A stretch of DNA of 64,000 nt, taken from contig CAKKNE010000005.1 of the NCBI GenBank assembly GCA_918797485.1, positions 3,286,001 to 3,350,000 on the forward strand. Direction: 5' to 3'. This DNA is from Pelagomonas calceolata. Its lineage: Eukaryota. Positions 19,285 to 29,097 of this stretch are shown here, piece by piece; the stretch's first letter is position 1, and the number at the start of each line of letters is the position of its first letter. The notes beneath the pieces are model-generated. The model was not told the DNA's origin, made no database searches, and saw only the letters and a program-made list of their open reading frames with translations. The position numbers were made by a program, and so were the translations under genes.

Positions 19285-21870
19285 ATGGCCGACGACGCGC
19301 AAGTAGCCGTGCAGGTCAAGCAAGCGCTAGCCCTGCTCTACGCGACAGGAAACAAAGAAGCCGACACCTGGCTGCAGGGCTTCATCACGCAAGGCTACGG
19401 CCGCTGCCTCGGCCCGTGCGCGTTGATATTAGATGATGCGGCGTCGCAGCCGCACGAGGCGCTGTTCGCGGCGACGGCGACGCACCAGACGCTGCGCAAG
19501 ATGCAGCTGCGGGAGGTGGCGACGCAGCGCAGTCACGTGGTCATGTCGGCGGAGGGCGCCGTCGCGTTGCGACGACGCCTCGCGCTCCGCTGCAGCACGG
19601 CGCCGCCGGGGCCGCTGCAGACGCGCTACGCTCTGACACTCGCGGCGGCTCTACTGAAGAGCGACCAGCGCGACCTCGTGGCGATCGTCGCCGCGACGTT
19701 GGCGGGCGCGCCGCTCGCCGAGACCCTTCGAGCGTTACCAGAAGAGCTGGAGGGCCTCTCGATGCACCCTAATTTAAGGGAGCAGCGCCGGTCCGAATTG
19801 GATGCAGGGGCGCCGGTGGCGCTCGACGCGATCCTCGCGCAAGCTCAACCGTGCGGCGCGCAGCGCGCGTTCGCGGCCGCGTCAGTTTATGTAAAGCGGT
19901 TACGACGGTGGCGCGACGTCCCAAGTGCGGTTTCTTTGATAGCGAGCGCGCGCGAGGCCATGCTCCACGCCGACGGTGATGTGCTCGAGAGCGCCTCTTC
20001 ATTATTATCGGCGGCGATCGACGTTTGTGAGGCGGACCCGTTACTCGCAGACGAGCTCCTGCCCCTCACGACCTGCCTCCAGGGCCGGCGCGGCGACCTC
20101 TGCGCGACGGCCGTCGCCGAGGCCACGGAAAAAACGGATGTGAATGGCGCGTCCCGACTGGCCGCGGCTCTTTGTGCAGCGCTCCACGATACTTCCAGTA
20201 GAGACGTCGCGGCGGCGGCGTCCCTGGCGGCGTGTAGAGGAGGCGCGGCGGATTTTGTGACCTTCGCTTGCAGACGCGCGTCCTTCCAAACGGCTCGCGA
20301 CCCCTTCGAGGCGAATCCTGAAGAGGCAGAAGCCCAGGACGAGGACGACGTCGAACGAGATCTTCTGGCCGACGGTTGTAAAGCCTGCGCCGGCGCGGCG
20401 CCAATGGAGGTGCTCGAAGCGTGCCGTGGTAACGTAGCGGCGTTCCCCGCGGGCGTGCTGGCCGTGGCGCGGTCCGTCCTCCATCAAGGCACCTCTTCGA
20501 TCGGCGCGCCGCTCGCGGAGCTCGGCCTCCGGCCCGTTTCTAGTGTTGTGGCGTCGCCCGTCGACGCCCAGACGGGCGTCTGCTGCGGGCTGTTCCTCCA
20601 GGCCGTCGCGTCGTCGGGCCTCAAACCCCTATCGACGTTCGCCGAGGTCTCGGCTCGATTAGCATCAAGTCACGACGCGACGGCGCGGCGGCACGGCTTC
20701 GTTGCTCTATTGCGGATTCTGGACGCTGATACAAACGCGTCGTCCGAGGCGTGCTGGCGCGTCTGCGAGGCCATTGTCTCTTCCGACATCGACGAGCCTC
20801 CTTTAAGGCCGGGCCGCGAGCCCGTGCTCGCGCTGGCCTGTCGCTGTTTATCACGCATGGCGGTGGGCACGGACCGGCTCCAACCTTTGTTAGTCTCCTG
20901 TGTCCAGCGGGCCGAAAGTTGCTCCCCTGAAGCCCCGTGCACGTTCGCCGCCGCGTATTTAGGGCTGGCCTGCGTCGTATCAACCGCAAGGCCCCTCCTC
21001 CTCGCCGATGTGTCAGCCGCGACGCGCGTCGCCGGCGTTTCAGGAAATGGCGTCCTCAAGTGCGCCCGAGCCTATCCAGATGAAGCGGACGAGGACGTCG
21101 TGGACCCCGCCCGAGCCGCCGACGCGGCCTGCGCCGTCCTCGCGGCGCTGGTGGCCCCGAACTGGAAGGACGACGCCCCCAAAAAACGGGACGCGCAATG
21201 TAACAGCGCCGCGCGCGGCTCGGTCGACGAGCGGGTGCTCGACGCGGCCTTCCAACCGGCTCTCCAAAGTCTGCAGGCGTCGGCGGGCGCCTTCCGCTCC
21301 GTTGCAGCGCCCGCGTCGTTACGAATTCTGGAATTAGTCGTCTGCTCGTGCGCCCACCCGTCGCTCGCTTCCGCCGTTGTTAGTGTGTTGCAGGAAATGT
21401 GTAGCCGCGTGCGGGCGCCATCATTGCGATGCGCTCTGTCAAATGCGTTCAAGTGCTGCCTGCGGCTCCCCGGCGAGGCCGTCGACCGCTGCTTATTCTT
21501 ACTCTGTCAAGTGCAACTCACAAAGCCGACGGCGTCGGACGAGTCCGAGGACGACGCCGCCGCGCTCAAAGCCTGCGCGCGGCTCTTCTCCACAAATTTA
21601 CGGCGCGACGGCCTCGCTCTCGTCTTGCGGGCGCAGCGCGACGGCGTCCTGCCGTCGGCGCGCGTCGTCGACGTCGCGCGTTTAGTTAGGACGCGGTATC
21701 CCCCATCAGAGTTGGCGGCGGACGTGCGATTTGCATTAGGGTTGGTGGTTGCGGAGAAGGGGCCGGACGTCGCGGGCGACCTGGCTGCCGCTATTCGCGA
21801 CGAGAAGAAGTTCAAGAAGCTGCTGAAGGCGATGGTGGGCGGGAAGCGGAAGGGGAGTAGTGGGTCGTAA
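19285..21870 (+). CDS. ARM/HEAT protein, importin-13/transportin-SR-like N-terminus
   Basis: ALALLY...EADTWLQGF, LFAATA and LRALPEE motifs; 861-aa helical ORF. Confidence 0.6.
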   Translation: MADDAQVAVQVKQALALLYATGNKEADTWLQGFITQGYGRCLGPCALILDDAASQPHEALFAATATHQTLRKMQLREVATQRSHVVMSAEGAVALRRRLALRCSTAPPGPLQTRYALTLAAALLKSDQRDLVAIVAATLAGAPLAETLRALPEELEGLSMHPNLREQRRSELDAGAPVALDAILAQAQPCGAQRAFAAASVYVKRLRRWRDVPSAVSLIASAREAMLHADGDVLESASSLLSAAIDVCEADPLLADELLPLTTCLQGRRGDLCATAVAEATEKTDVNGASRLAAALCAALHDTSSRDVAAAASLAACRGGAADFVTFACRRASFQTARDPFEANPEEAEAQDEDDVERDLLADGCKACAGAAPMEVLEACRGNVAAFPAGVLAVARSVLHQGTSSIGAPLAELGLRPVSSVVASPVDAQTGVCCGLFLQAVASSGLKPLSTFAEVSARLASSHDATARRHGFVALLRILDADTNASSEACWRVCEAIVSSDIDEPPLRPGREPVLALACRCLSRMAVGTDRLQPLLVSCVQRAESCSPEAPCTFAAAYLGLACVVSTARPLLLADVSAATRVAGVSGNGVLKCARAYPDEADEDVVDPARAADAACAVLAALVAPNWKDDAPKKRDAQCNSAARGSVDERVLDAAFQPALQSLQASAGAFRSVAAPASLRILELVVCSCAHPSLASAVVSVLQEMCSRVRAPSLRCALSNAFKCCLRLPGEAVDRCLFLLCQVQLTKPTASDESEDDAAALKACARLFSTNLRRDGLALVLRAQRDGVLPSARVVDVARLVRTRYPPSELAADVRFALGLVVAEKGPDVAGDLAAAIRDEKKFKKLLKAMVGGKRKGSSGS

Positions 21871-22064
21871 GTCTAGTGTTTGTGGTGATTCCATGTGGTT
21901 CGGGTTTCGAAAACCGAAACTGCGTTAAATGTACCTTGGCTGCCTTCAGTAGATGCAAACGGCCTCGAATAGAGATGATAAGACTCCGTCGGGGCTGACA
22001 CGAGGAGCCTCGAAAATAGGCCGACGTCTGACAGCCTAAAAGGCGATACAAAAAGCTAGCCAAA

Positions 22065-23824
22065 ATGACTGCCAAGAAGCAACGTGTGGCGGCTGAGGAG
22101 TGCGTAAGCAGCGTAGCTATGCAAGCCGATGCAAAACGATGCATCGCCGACGTCGTTTACAAGAGAGATGCAGCCACCAATTTATCTTATGCCTATTGCA
22201 CGCGCGCGGGCGACGCCGACGCAATGCAATACGCGCGCGCGGCATCGCGCCGACGCGCCGCTGCCATACCAGCAGCTTCGGCACGCACAAGGGCACAACC
22301 GGTCGCGCGCGCATGCAACGGGACATGCCGCTGCCACGCCTGTTGCGAAACACGCGCGGTGCTCGTGTGCCCCGACGGCCAAGCCACACACAACAGCAGC
22401 AGAGAAAAACGCCGTCGCTCACGCTCCAAAAACACAGGCGCGTCTTCCTCTTCTCGTCCGAGTCCGTGAACGAGGGCCACCCCGACAAGCTCGCGGACCA
22501 GGTCTCGGATGCCGTCCTCGACGCGTGCCTCAAGCAGGACCCCTACTCGAAGGTCGCCTGCGAGACGGCGACCAAGGACAACATGGTCATGGTCTTCGGC
22601 GAGATCACGACGGAGGCCAAGCTCGACTACGACAAGATCGTCCGCGCGCAAGTCCGCGAGATCGGCTTCGACTCGTTCAAGGACGACCTGGCGAGCGTCG
22701 ACTCCAAGGGCCTGTCCTGCGACTCGTGCGAGGTGCTCGTGCGCATCAACAAGCAGTCGCCCGACATCGCGGGCGGCGTCCACGTCGGCAAGGACGAGAT
22801 GGACGTCGGCGCGGGCGACCAGGGCATCATGTTCGGCTACGCGTCCGACGAGACGTCGGACTGCATGCCCCTGACTCATTTAGTCTCTACTCGCCTCGGC
22901 AAGAAGCTGACCGACGTGCGCAAGGACGGGTCGCTCTGGTGGTTGAGACCGGACGGCAAGACCCAGGTGACTATTGAATATGTCCAGCACTCGGACGGCT
23001 CCGTCGAGCCGAAGAAGCTCCACACCGTCGTCATCTCGACGCAGCACGCCGAGCCCCTCAAGGCCAAGCGCACGGAGGAGCAGGACGGCAAGGACAACCG
23101 CCCGAAGTACACGGGCGCCGAGCAGATCGCCCCGTCGATGGCGGACATGAACGAGCTCATCCACGACCAGGTCATCGTCGCGACGCTCAACGAGATCACG
23201 CTCAAGAACGGCCAGCCGGCCACGTCCATCTACGACCGCAACACGTGCAACCTGCACATCAACCCCTCGGGCAAGTTCATCATTGGCGGCCCGCAGGGCG
23301 ACGCCGGCCTCACGGGCCGCAAGATCATCATCGACACGTACGGCGGCTGGGGCGCGCACGGCGGCGGCGCCTTCTCGGGCAAGGACCCGACGAAGGTCGA
23401 CCGCTCCGCGGCCTACGCGTGCCGGTGGATGGCCAAGTCCGTCGTCAAGGCCGGCTTGTGCAAGCGCGCCTTGGTGCAGCTGTCCTACGCCATCGGCGTC
23501 GCCAAGCCCCTGTCGTTGTTCGTGGAGACTTATGGTACCGAGAACGGCAACCTCACGGCCAAGGCCATTACCGATATTGTGAAGATCAACTTCGACGCGC
23601 GGCCCGGCGCCCTCGCGAGAGATCTCGCCCTGCGCGAGCCCAAGTACAACGTGACGGCGGCCTACTGCCACTTCGGCCGCGAGCCGTACACGAAGGACGG
23701 CATCCGCTACTTCTCCTGGGAGGACCCCATCGACCTGTCCAAGTACGCGGGCATGTCGACGGCGCAGATCGAGAAGGAGGTCGCCGCCAACAAGGCGACG
23801 ATCCTCAAGAAGTGGGTCGACTAA
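22065..23824 (+). CDS. MATX: S-adenosylmethionine synthetase, MATX type; predicted exons 22065..22099 and 22438..23824
   Basis: [34 protein letters not shown]-type insertions ([22 protein letters not shown]...APSM). A phase-2 GT..AG splice gives [21 protein letters not shown]. Confidence 0.92.
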
Positions 23825-23991
23825 AGGGTGACGGGGTGGGCACCGTCGTGCTGTCGCCGCATTTCCCATACCCCCGCGCCGCCGCCGCCGCTGCCTCCCG
23901 CCTTCCCCCTAAGGACCAGTGACACTTTTACCACTCGTCGACTCTCGCGTGTTTGCGAGCCACGGCCCCGTGGTATCTTTTAAAACAACAC

Positions 23992-24977
23992 TTACAGCCA
24001 ATCGTCGTAGGCCCGCAGCGCGTCGGCGGCGACGCCGCGGCCCGTCTTTGCAAACACGACCTCAAGCGGATGGATATCGGAACCGCCGTACTCGCCCGGG
24101 TACTGGAGGTCGCCCGCGTGGGCGTTGGATTCTAATAACCTGTGTGGCAATCAAAATTTTACGGCGCGTTCGTGCGGAATCGTCGCGTCCTCCTCCACGC
24201 CATCGACGCGACGCCTGCTCGATGGCGTGGCGATGCCGCATCCTCACCGCTCGACCGAGCCAGGACGACCGCGTCATCGCGTGCACCCGACGCACTGGTT
24301 GATTTCCACACAGCCAACAACCTCCGGCAGATACCATATAAAACGCCGCCGTCCTCGTTCCGCGCCGCCGCGGGCGTCACGACGCCATCGATGGCGCGGA
24401 AGGCCATCAACTGCGTCTTCAGGGCGTAGCCCATTTCGAGGAACGCGCGCGAGAAGGGGATCTCGCCCCGGTAGACGGCGTCCGTGTGGTCTTGCTTCGA
24501 TGAAAGCAACTTCCTTGGCTCTACAACATCAGCCAATCGATCATACGCAAACATCAGGAACATGGACTGCAGGTGCGTCTCACTAAGCGACGCCCAGCAA
24601 TTTAATGAAGTGCCGACCAATCCCACATTACTCTCACCGCCGAGCTGGTCGCCGAAGACCCTCCACCACGGCCTCTCCTCATATGACGGTAGATAGGGCC
24701 CGCGCACGGACGCGTTCATCAGCACGACGTGCGTGTACGCTTCGTTTGGTGCTCTTTCTAAGCCTACCGCCCACGCGCCGAAATCGAAGCCCTCGTTTTC
24801 CCGTTCTATGATTGTGTCATCTTTGGCAAAGTCAGATGGCGTCAGGGAATGGGGGCCGTTGACCACGAAGACCTGCCGCCCCTGTGCTGTCGGGATGGGG
24901 CCGTGCTTCAGGTAGTGCCGGAGGTTGGAGTGGGCCTGCTCCGTCTCGTGGTAGGCGTAGAGCAGGAGCACGAACAT
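23992..24977 (-). CDS. Putative glycosyltransferase-like protein; exons ~24977..24322 and 24139..23992 (start uncertain)
   Basis: IERENEGFDFGAW, VLMNASVRGP and HLQSM motifs; removing the introner restores RRLLESNAHAGD...DIHPLEVVFAKT...WL*. Confidence 0.7.
24132..24321 (-). mobile_element. Introner element 3; GT-AG intron 24321..24140 on the minus strand
   Basis: TIRs CTGTGTGGAAATCAA and TTGATTGCCACACAG; diverged TSD GTTGTTGG vs GTTATTAG; internal 12-bp hairpin. Confidence 0.92.
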
Positions 24978-25311
24978 CCTATCGTTTTCGGGCAGCCATT
25001 TGCGATGCCTGCGCCCGCGAGAGTGCCACCATCTCCATGCCAAGGCTGGGCTGCCTCTCGCGCCGCTTGGCCCGCGCAAGCCAGCCAAACGTCCAAGATC
25101 CCGTCTTGTAGGTACTCAACGATGGCGGAGACGGCTGCGTGGCAATTTTGGAAACCCGAAGCCGCAGTCGTGGTTGCGCCACTACGCACGTCTGGCCGGC
25201 CGCGGTTCGTCGCGCACAGCTAAAGCTGTGCAACAAAAGCAACAGTCCGCAGCTGCTTCGACCCAAGTCACTCGCAATCTGCAAGAAACGCAGTTAAAAA
25301 ACAACGTCATC

Positions 25312-26394
25312 ATGCAGAGGATACTCATCGCCTTGGCCCTCTCCCCGGCCGCGGCGTACGTGACGCCGCTCGCCGCGCGCAAGCCGCTGACGGGCCTGCA
25401 GATGCAGTCCGGCGGGCCTGCAGAGTTGTACAACTCCAAGGGCGTGGCCGTCTCTTCGTCGACGACGGCGCTGCCGGAAGTCGTCGCCGAGGATGAAGTG
25501 ATTGATCTCAAGCCGGAGGCCGTCGAGGCCGTTGTGGTCGGCGAGGAGAAGGCCGAGGAGCCGGCGGCGCCGGAGCCCAAGGCCGAGGAACCCAAGGCTG
25601 AGGCGGCGCCGGAGTCGGCCAAGTACAAGGGCGTCGACGGCATCGAGAACACGCGCGCGACGCTCGTCGGCAACGCAAGCAGAGACCCGGGCGCATTGGT
25701 CTTCCACCGGAACAAGGACCAGAAGTACGCCACGATCTACACGGAGCTCGAGAAATTCTTCCCGGGCGTCTGCCCTGAATTACCTAGACCGGCCCTCTTG
25801 GACGGCACGCACCCGGGCGACTACGGTTTTGATCCCGCGGGCTTCTGCACGACGAACGCCGAGCTCTACAACCAGATGGAGGCGGAAGTGAGACACTGCC
25901 GGTTGGCGATGCTCTGCGCCGCGGGCTGGCCCATGGCCGAGCTGTGGGGCCAGGACTGGTTCGACGGCTACTTCCTGGCCGACGGCGGCCGCGCGCCGTC
26001 CATCCTCAACGGCGGTCTGATTTCTGATGTGCAGTTCCCGCCCCTGCCTACGTTATTCGTGCTCGGCTTCTTCGCGTTGTATGGCCAGCAGGAGCTCAAG
26101 ACGCTGGGCACGCTCAAGTGCCAGACGCTGTACGGGAATGTGCACAAGAAGGACCTCGAGGGCCTCGGCGAGGAGTGGCCCTGGGGCGTCGCGGGCGACG
26201 AGGACTTCGACCCGCTCGGCTTATATGGTCTGTTGGGCAACGACGCGGTCGGCCGGTTCACGATGAGAGAATTGGAGCTGAACCACGGCCGCGTGGCCAT
26301 GCTCGCGGTGCTGTCGTACGTCATGCTCGAGAGCGTGACGCACGTGCCGGTCGTGCAGCTGACGCCGTTCCTGTTCGGCAAGTGGTACTGGTAG
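25312..26394 (+). CDS. Light-harvesting chlorophyll a/c-binding protein (Lhcz-like) with long acidic N-terminal extension
   Basis: PGDYGFDPAG, EAEVRHCRLAMLCAAGWPMAE, GRAPSILNGG, FDPLGL, ELELNHGRVAMLA; signal peptide. Confidence 0.9.
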   Translation: MQRILIALALSPAAAYVTPLAARKPLTGLQMQSGGPAELYNSKGVAVSSSTTALPEVVAEDEVIDLKPEAVEAVVVGEEKAEEPAAPEPKAEEPKAEAAPESAKYKGVDGIENTRATLVGNASRDPGALVFHRNKDQKYATIYTELEKFFPGVCPELPRPALLDGTHPGDYGFDPAGFCTTNAELYNQMEAEVRHCRLAMLCAAGWPMAELWGQDWFDGYFLADGGRAPSILNGGLISDVQFPPLPTLFVLGFFALYGQQELKTLGTLKCQTLYGNVHKKDLEGLGEEWPWGVAGDEDFDPLGLYGLLGNDAVGRFTMRELELNHGRVAMLAVLSYVMLESVTHVPVVQLTPFLFGKWYW

Positions 26395-27379
26395 ATATGT
26401 ATCCTTGCTCGTTCTCGTCCCGTATATAAGTTACTCTTTTAGTTGATCTATTCGCCGAACGCGTCGACGCGCTGATCTCGACGGCCTTCGCGAGGCATTC
26501 TGTGGCGTCGAGGTCCTCGAAGGCGTCGAAGACGGACCCCTCCGCGCCGCCGCCCAGCGCCACTCGCGGGTCGTTGGCCCACGACCGGATTGTCGATAGC
26601 GGCACGCCCGCTTCGATGAGCGCGGCGCCGAAGGCGTCGCTCTTGGGCTCGGCCTCGAGCCAGTTCATGCGCTCCGCCAATCCTTCAAATGGGCTCGCCG
26701 ACGCGTGGACGGCGTTCTCGGTCGTGTCCGGCGCGAAGGGTAATCCTAAGTCTTCCCACCGCTCGAGCGCGAGCCGCCGCAATGAACCGGAGGGCGCCTT
26801 GACCGGATCCGTGGGCCCCAGGACCTCGCCGCGAAACGCCGCCCACGAGAGTTGATTAGAGTCGAACTCGACGTCGAAGTAAATCAGCTTCGCAGTTGCA
26901 GACGTATAAACGGCGCGCATGGCCATGAAGAACGGGTTGAAGATCTGCAGGCCCCTGATCTTGCCGCAGTAGAAGCCGCCGCCGAACTTGATCATGTCGC
27001 CTGTTTTACAGACGGCCCGCCATTCCGCCCGCAGCTCGTCCGGCGTGCAGTCGAGCTTCTTGCACGCGTCGAGGGCGTTGACGGCCGTGCCCTGAGCTAT
27101 GGCGTCCTTGAATTTAATACCGAAGAACGCCTCGAATTTGTCCTCCGGGACGGGTAATTCCGAAGGCTTCAAGAGCGTCGCCTTGCTCGCGATGGCGTAG
27201 TAGTGCTGGTCGATCAATCGTTTCGCGTCGATGGTCGGCCCGTCGATGACGCCCTTCTTCAGGATCTTGATGCCGCGTGCTGCCAGGGTTGTTTCCACAA
27301 GCTTCTCCATCGCCGGCGTCGCGGCATTTGGTTTGATGAAGAGGAAGGCGCGGTTCGTCGGCGCCTCGAACTTGCTCAT
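26321..27379 (-). CDS. Nucleoside-diphosphate-kinase-like protein
   Basis: AFLFIKP, IDQHY, FRGEVLGPTDP...GSLR and NAVHASAS (catalytic His context). The true C-terminus is uncertain. Confidence 0.78.
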   Translation of the reverse strand: MSKFEAPTNRAFLFIKPNAATPAMEKLVETTLAARGIKILKKGVIDGPTIDAKRLIDQHYYAIASKATLLKPSELPVPEDKFEAFFGIKFKDAIAQGTAVNALDACKKLDCTPDELRAEWRAVCKTGDMIKFGGGFYCGKIRGLQIFNPFFMAMRAVYTSATAKLIYFDVEFDSNQLSWAAFRGEVLGPTDPVKAPSGSLRRLALERWEDLGLPFAPDTTENAVHASASPFEGLAERMNWLEAEPKSDAFGAALIEAGVPLSTIRSWANDPRVALGGGAEGSVFDAFEDLDATECLAKAVEISASTRSANRSTKRVTYIRDENEQGYISTSTTCRTGTASAARPARASRSRA

Positions 27380-27689
27380 CTTTTGACGCGCTGTCTTGGC
27401 GATGCGGCTTTGAGGTTTACGCTGTTCGCGGCGTCAATTGAGCGCGTCGCAGCTTGTGAGAGCTTTTTAAAACCTGAGGCTCTTACGCTTGCGCAGCAAT
27501 GATGCCACGCGCTGGTTGTGATCTGATGTGGGTCAGAGACAGACTTGGCCCCCTTTTTGCACGCGTGACAGCTGTACGGCTGTCGGGCGCGTTTTTTGCT
27601 TCCAGGCTAGTGTGTTACTGGACGCTAGCTGTGGCCTCCGAGATTCTTGGGCGTTGCGGTGCCTCCGACAGCGTAAATAGGCATTGATC

Positions 27690-29076
27690 ATGCGGTCACA
27701 ATCGCTACGGTACGGTGCCACGCTGTGCTGTGGTTTGCGCCGGTCACCACTGCGCCAGAGCGCAGCACACACTAGATCCTCCAGTACCAGAGTCACAGTG
27801 ACGGCGCCGAACCGCAGCAAACCCCTGGCGCTGCGAGGCGAGCGACCAACGAAATACGCCGACGTCACCGTAAGGCGCAGCGTGCTCTCGGCGTCCGGCG
27901 GCACGGCACTGTCCGTGACGGGCCCCGCGGCCCGCGCCTGCGAGGCGCTGGACCGCGAATCCGCCGGCGAGCCGCTCGTGCTGGTGGTCGCGGCCAACCA
28001 GACGGCGCTGCGGCAGGCGCTGGGCTCCAAGGCGCTCACCTACTCGAATGTGATTGGCGCCGTAGACAGCCTGGCCTTCGCCGAGAGCGACCAGCTGCAC
28101 GTCGTCGCTTGCAAATTGCCGCCGCACGTCGAGGCCTGGACCTTCGACGCCAAACGCGGGGCCCTGCCGGACCTCGGCCGGCGGCGGCTCGAGGCCGCGC
28201 TCGCGAAGCACACGGCGCCGCACTTCCTCGTCTTCGGCGGCGACGCGGCTCATGAGGAAGACGACTTCGACGACGACGACGGCGACGACGACGCCGCCGC
28301 GCTCGAGCGCTTCGCGCGGCGCGTCGACGGCCTCTTCCCGCACGGGACTTGTGCTGGCGCGGCTGCTCGTGTGAATGGGGCGGTCTTGGCGCGTATTTCC
28401 GTGTCGTTACACGTCGCGGGTCGCGTCGATCACGCGTCGATGCACACAGGCGCGGCTGGTCCACGCGCGGCGGCGGCCCGGCCCGCGCAAGCGCGCCAAG
28501 CGCCTCAAGGTCTTCGCCGCCCACAAGTCGGACCGGCCTCTGGTGGGCGTCGCGTTGCTCCCGCGGGAGGCGGGCGCCGACGCGGCCGCCGCCGCGCAGA
28601 AGCTCGGCGAGCTGTGCTTCGGCGGGTCGCTGCGCTTCCACTGGGCCGCCGGCGACGGGACGTCCGGTCTACGGGCGCAGCGATTGAGAAGCGCGGCGAT
28701 GGCGCTCTACGACTCGTGGGACCGGCTCGACGCGTCGTCGCTGCGCTCGTTGCGGGCGTGCGTGCACCCCGGCGGCCGGCCCGTCGTCGGCGCCGACGCC
28801 GCCATGCGCTCGTGGGACGACCTCTTCGGCGGCGCGATTCGGAGGCGGGCGCCCATGAGTGCGGCGAGGGGCCCCGCGCGGCTCGGTCTCCGCGCAGAGG
28901 AACTGCACGTGGACGACTCGCTCGGGCTCGCGGTCGGGTCGCTGTCGGCGCCGCGGCTCTTAGGACCGGGCGGCGCGCTCTCATCGACAGCTGTATTCGT
29001 CGAGGGCGCGACGGGCGCGTTCGAGGTCGCGCACCACCACGCGTCGCTGGCAGATATTGATGACGCTAGCCTATAA
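27690..29076 (+). CDS. Hypothetical protein with C-terminal SnoaL/NTF2-like domain; one probable intron ending at AG 28449
   Basis: The protein-like frame switches near 28370-28450; C-terminal CVHPGGRPVVG....RSW..LF and final 'HHHAS' are typical of SnoaL_3 domains. Confidence 0.55.
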
Positions 29077-29097
29077 GTAGATTCGAACACACTAAAC

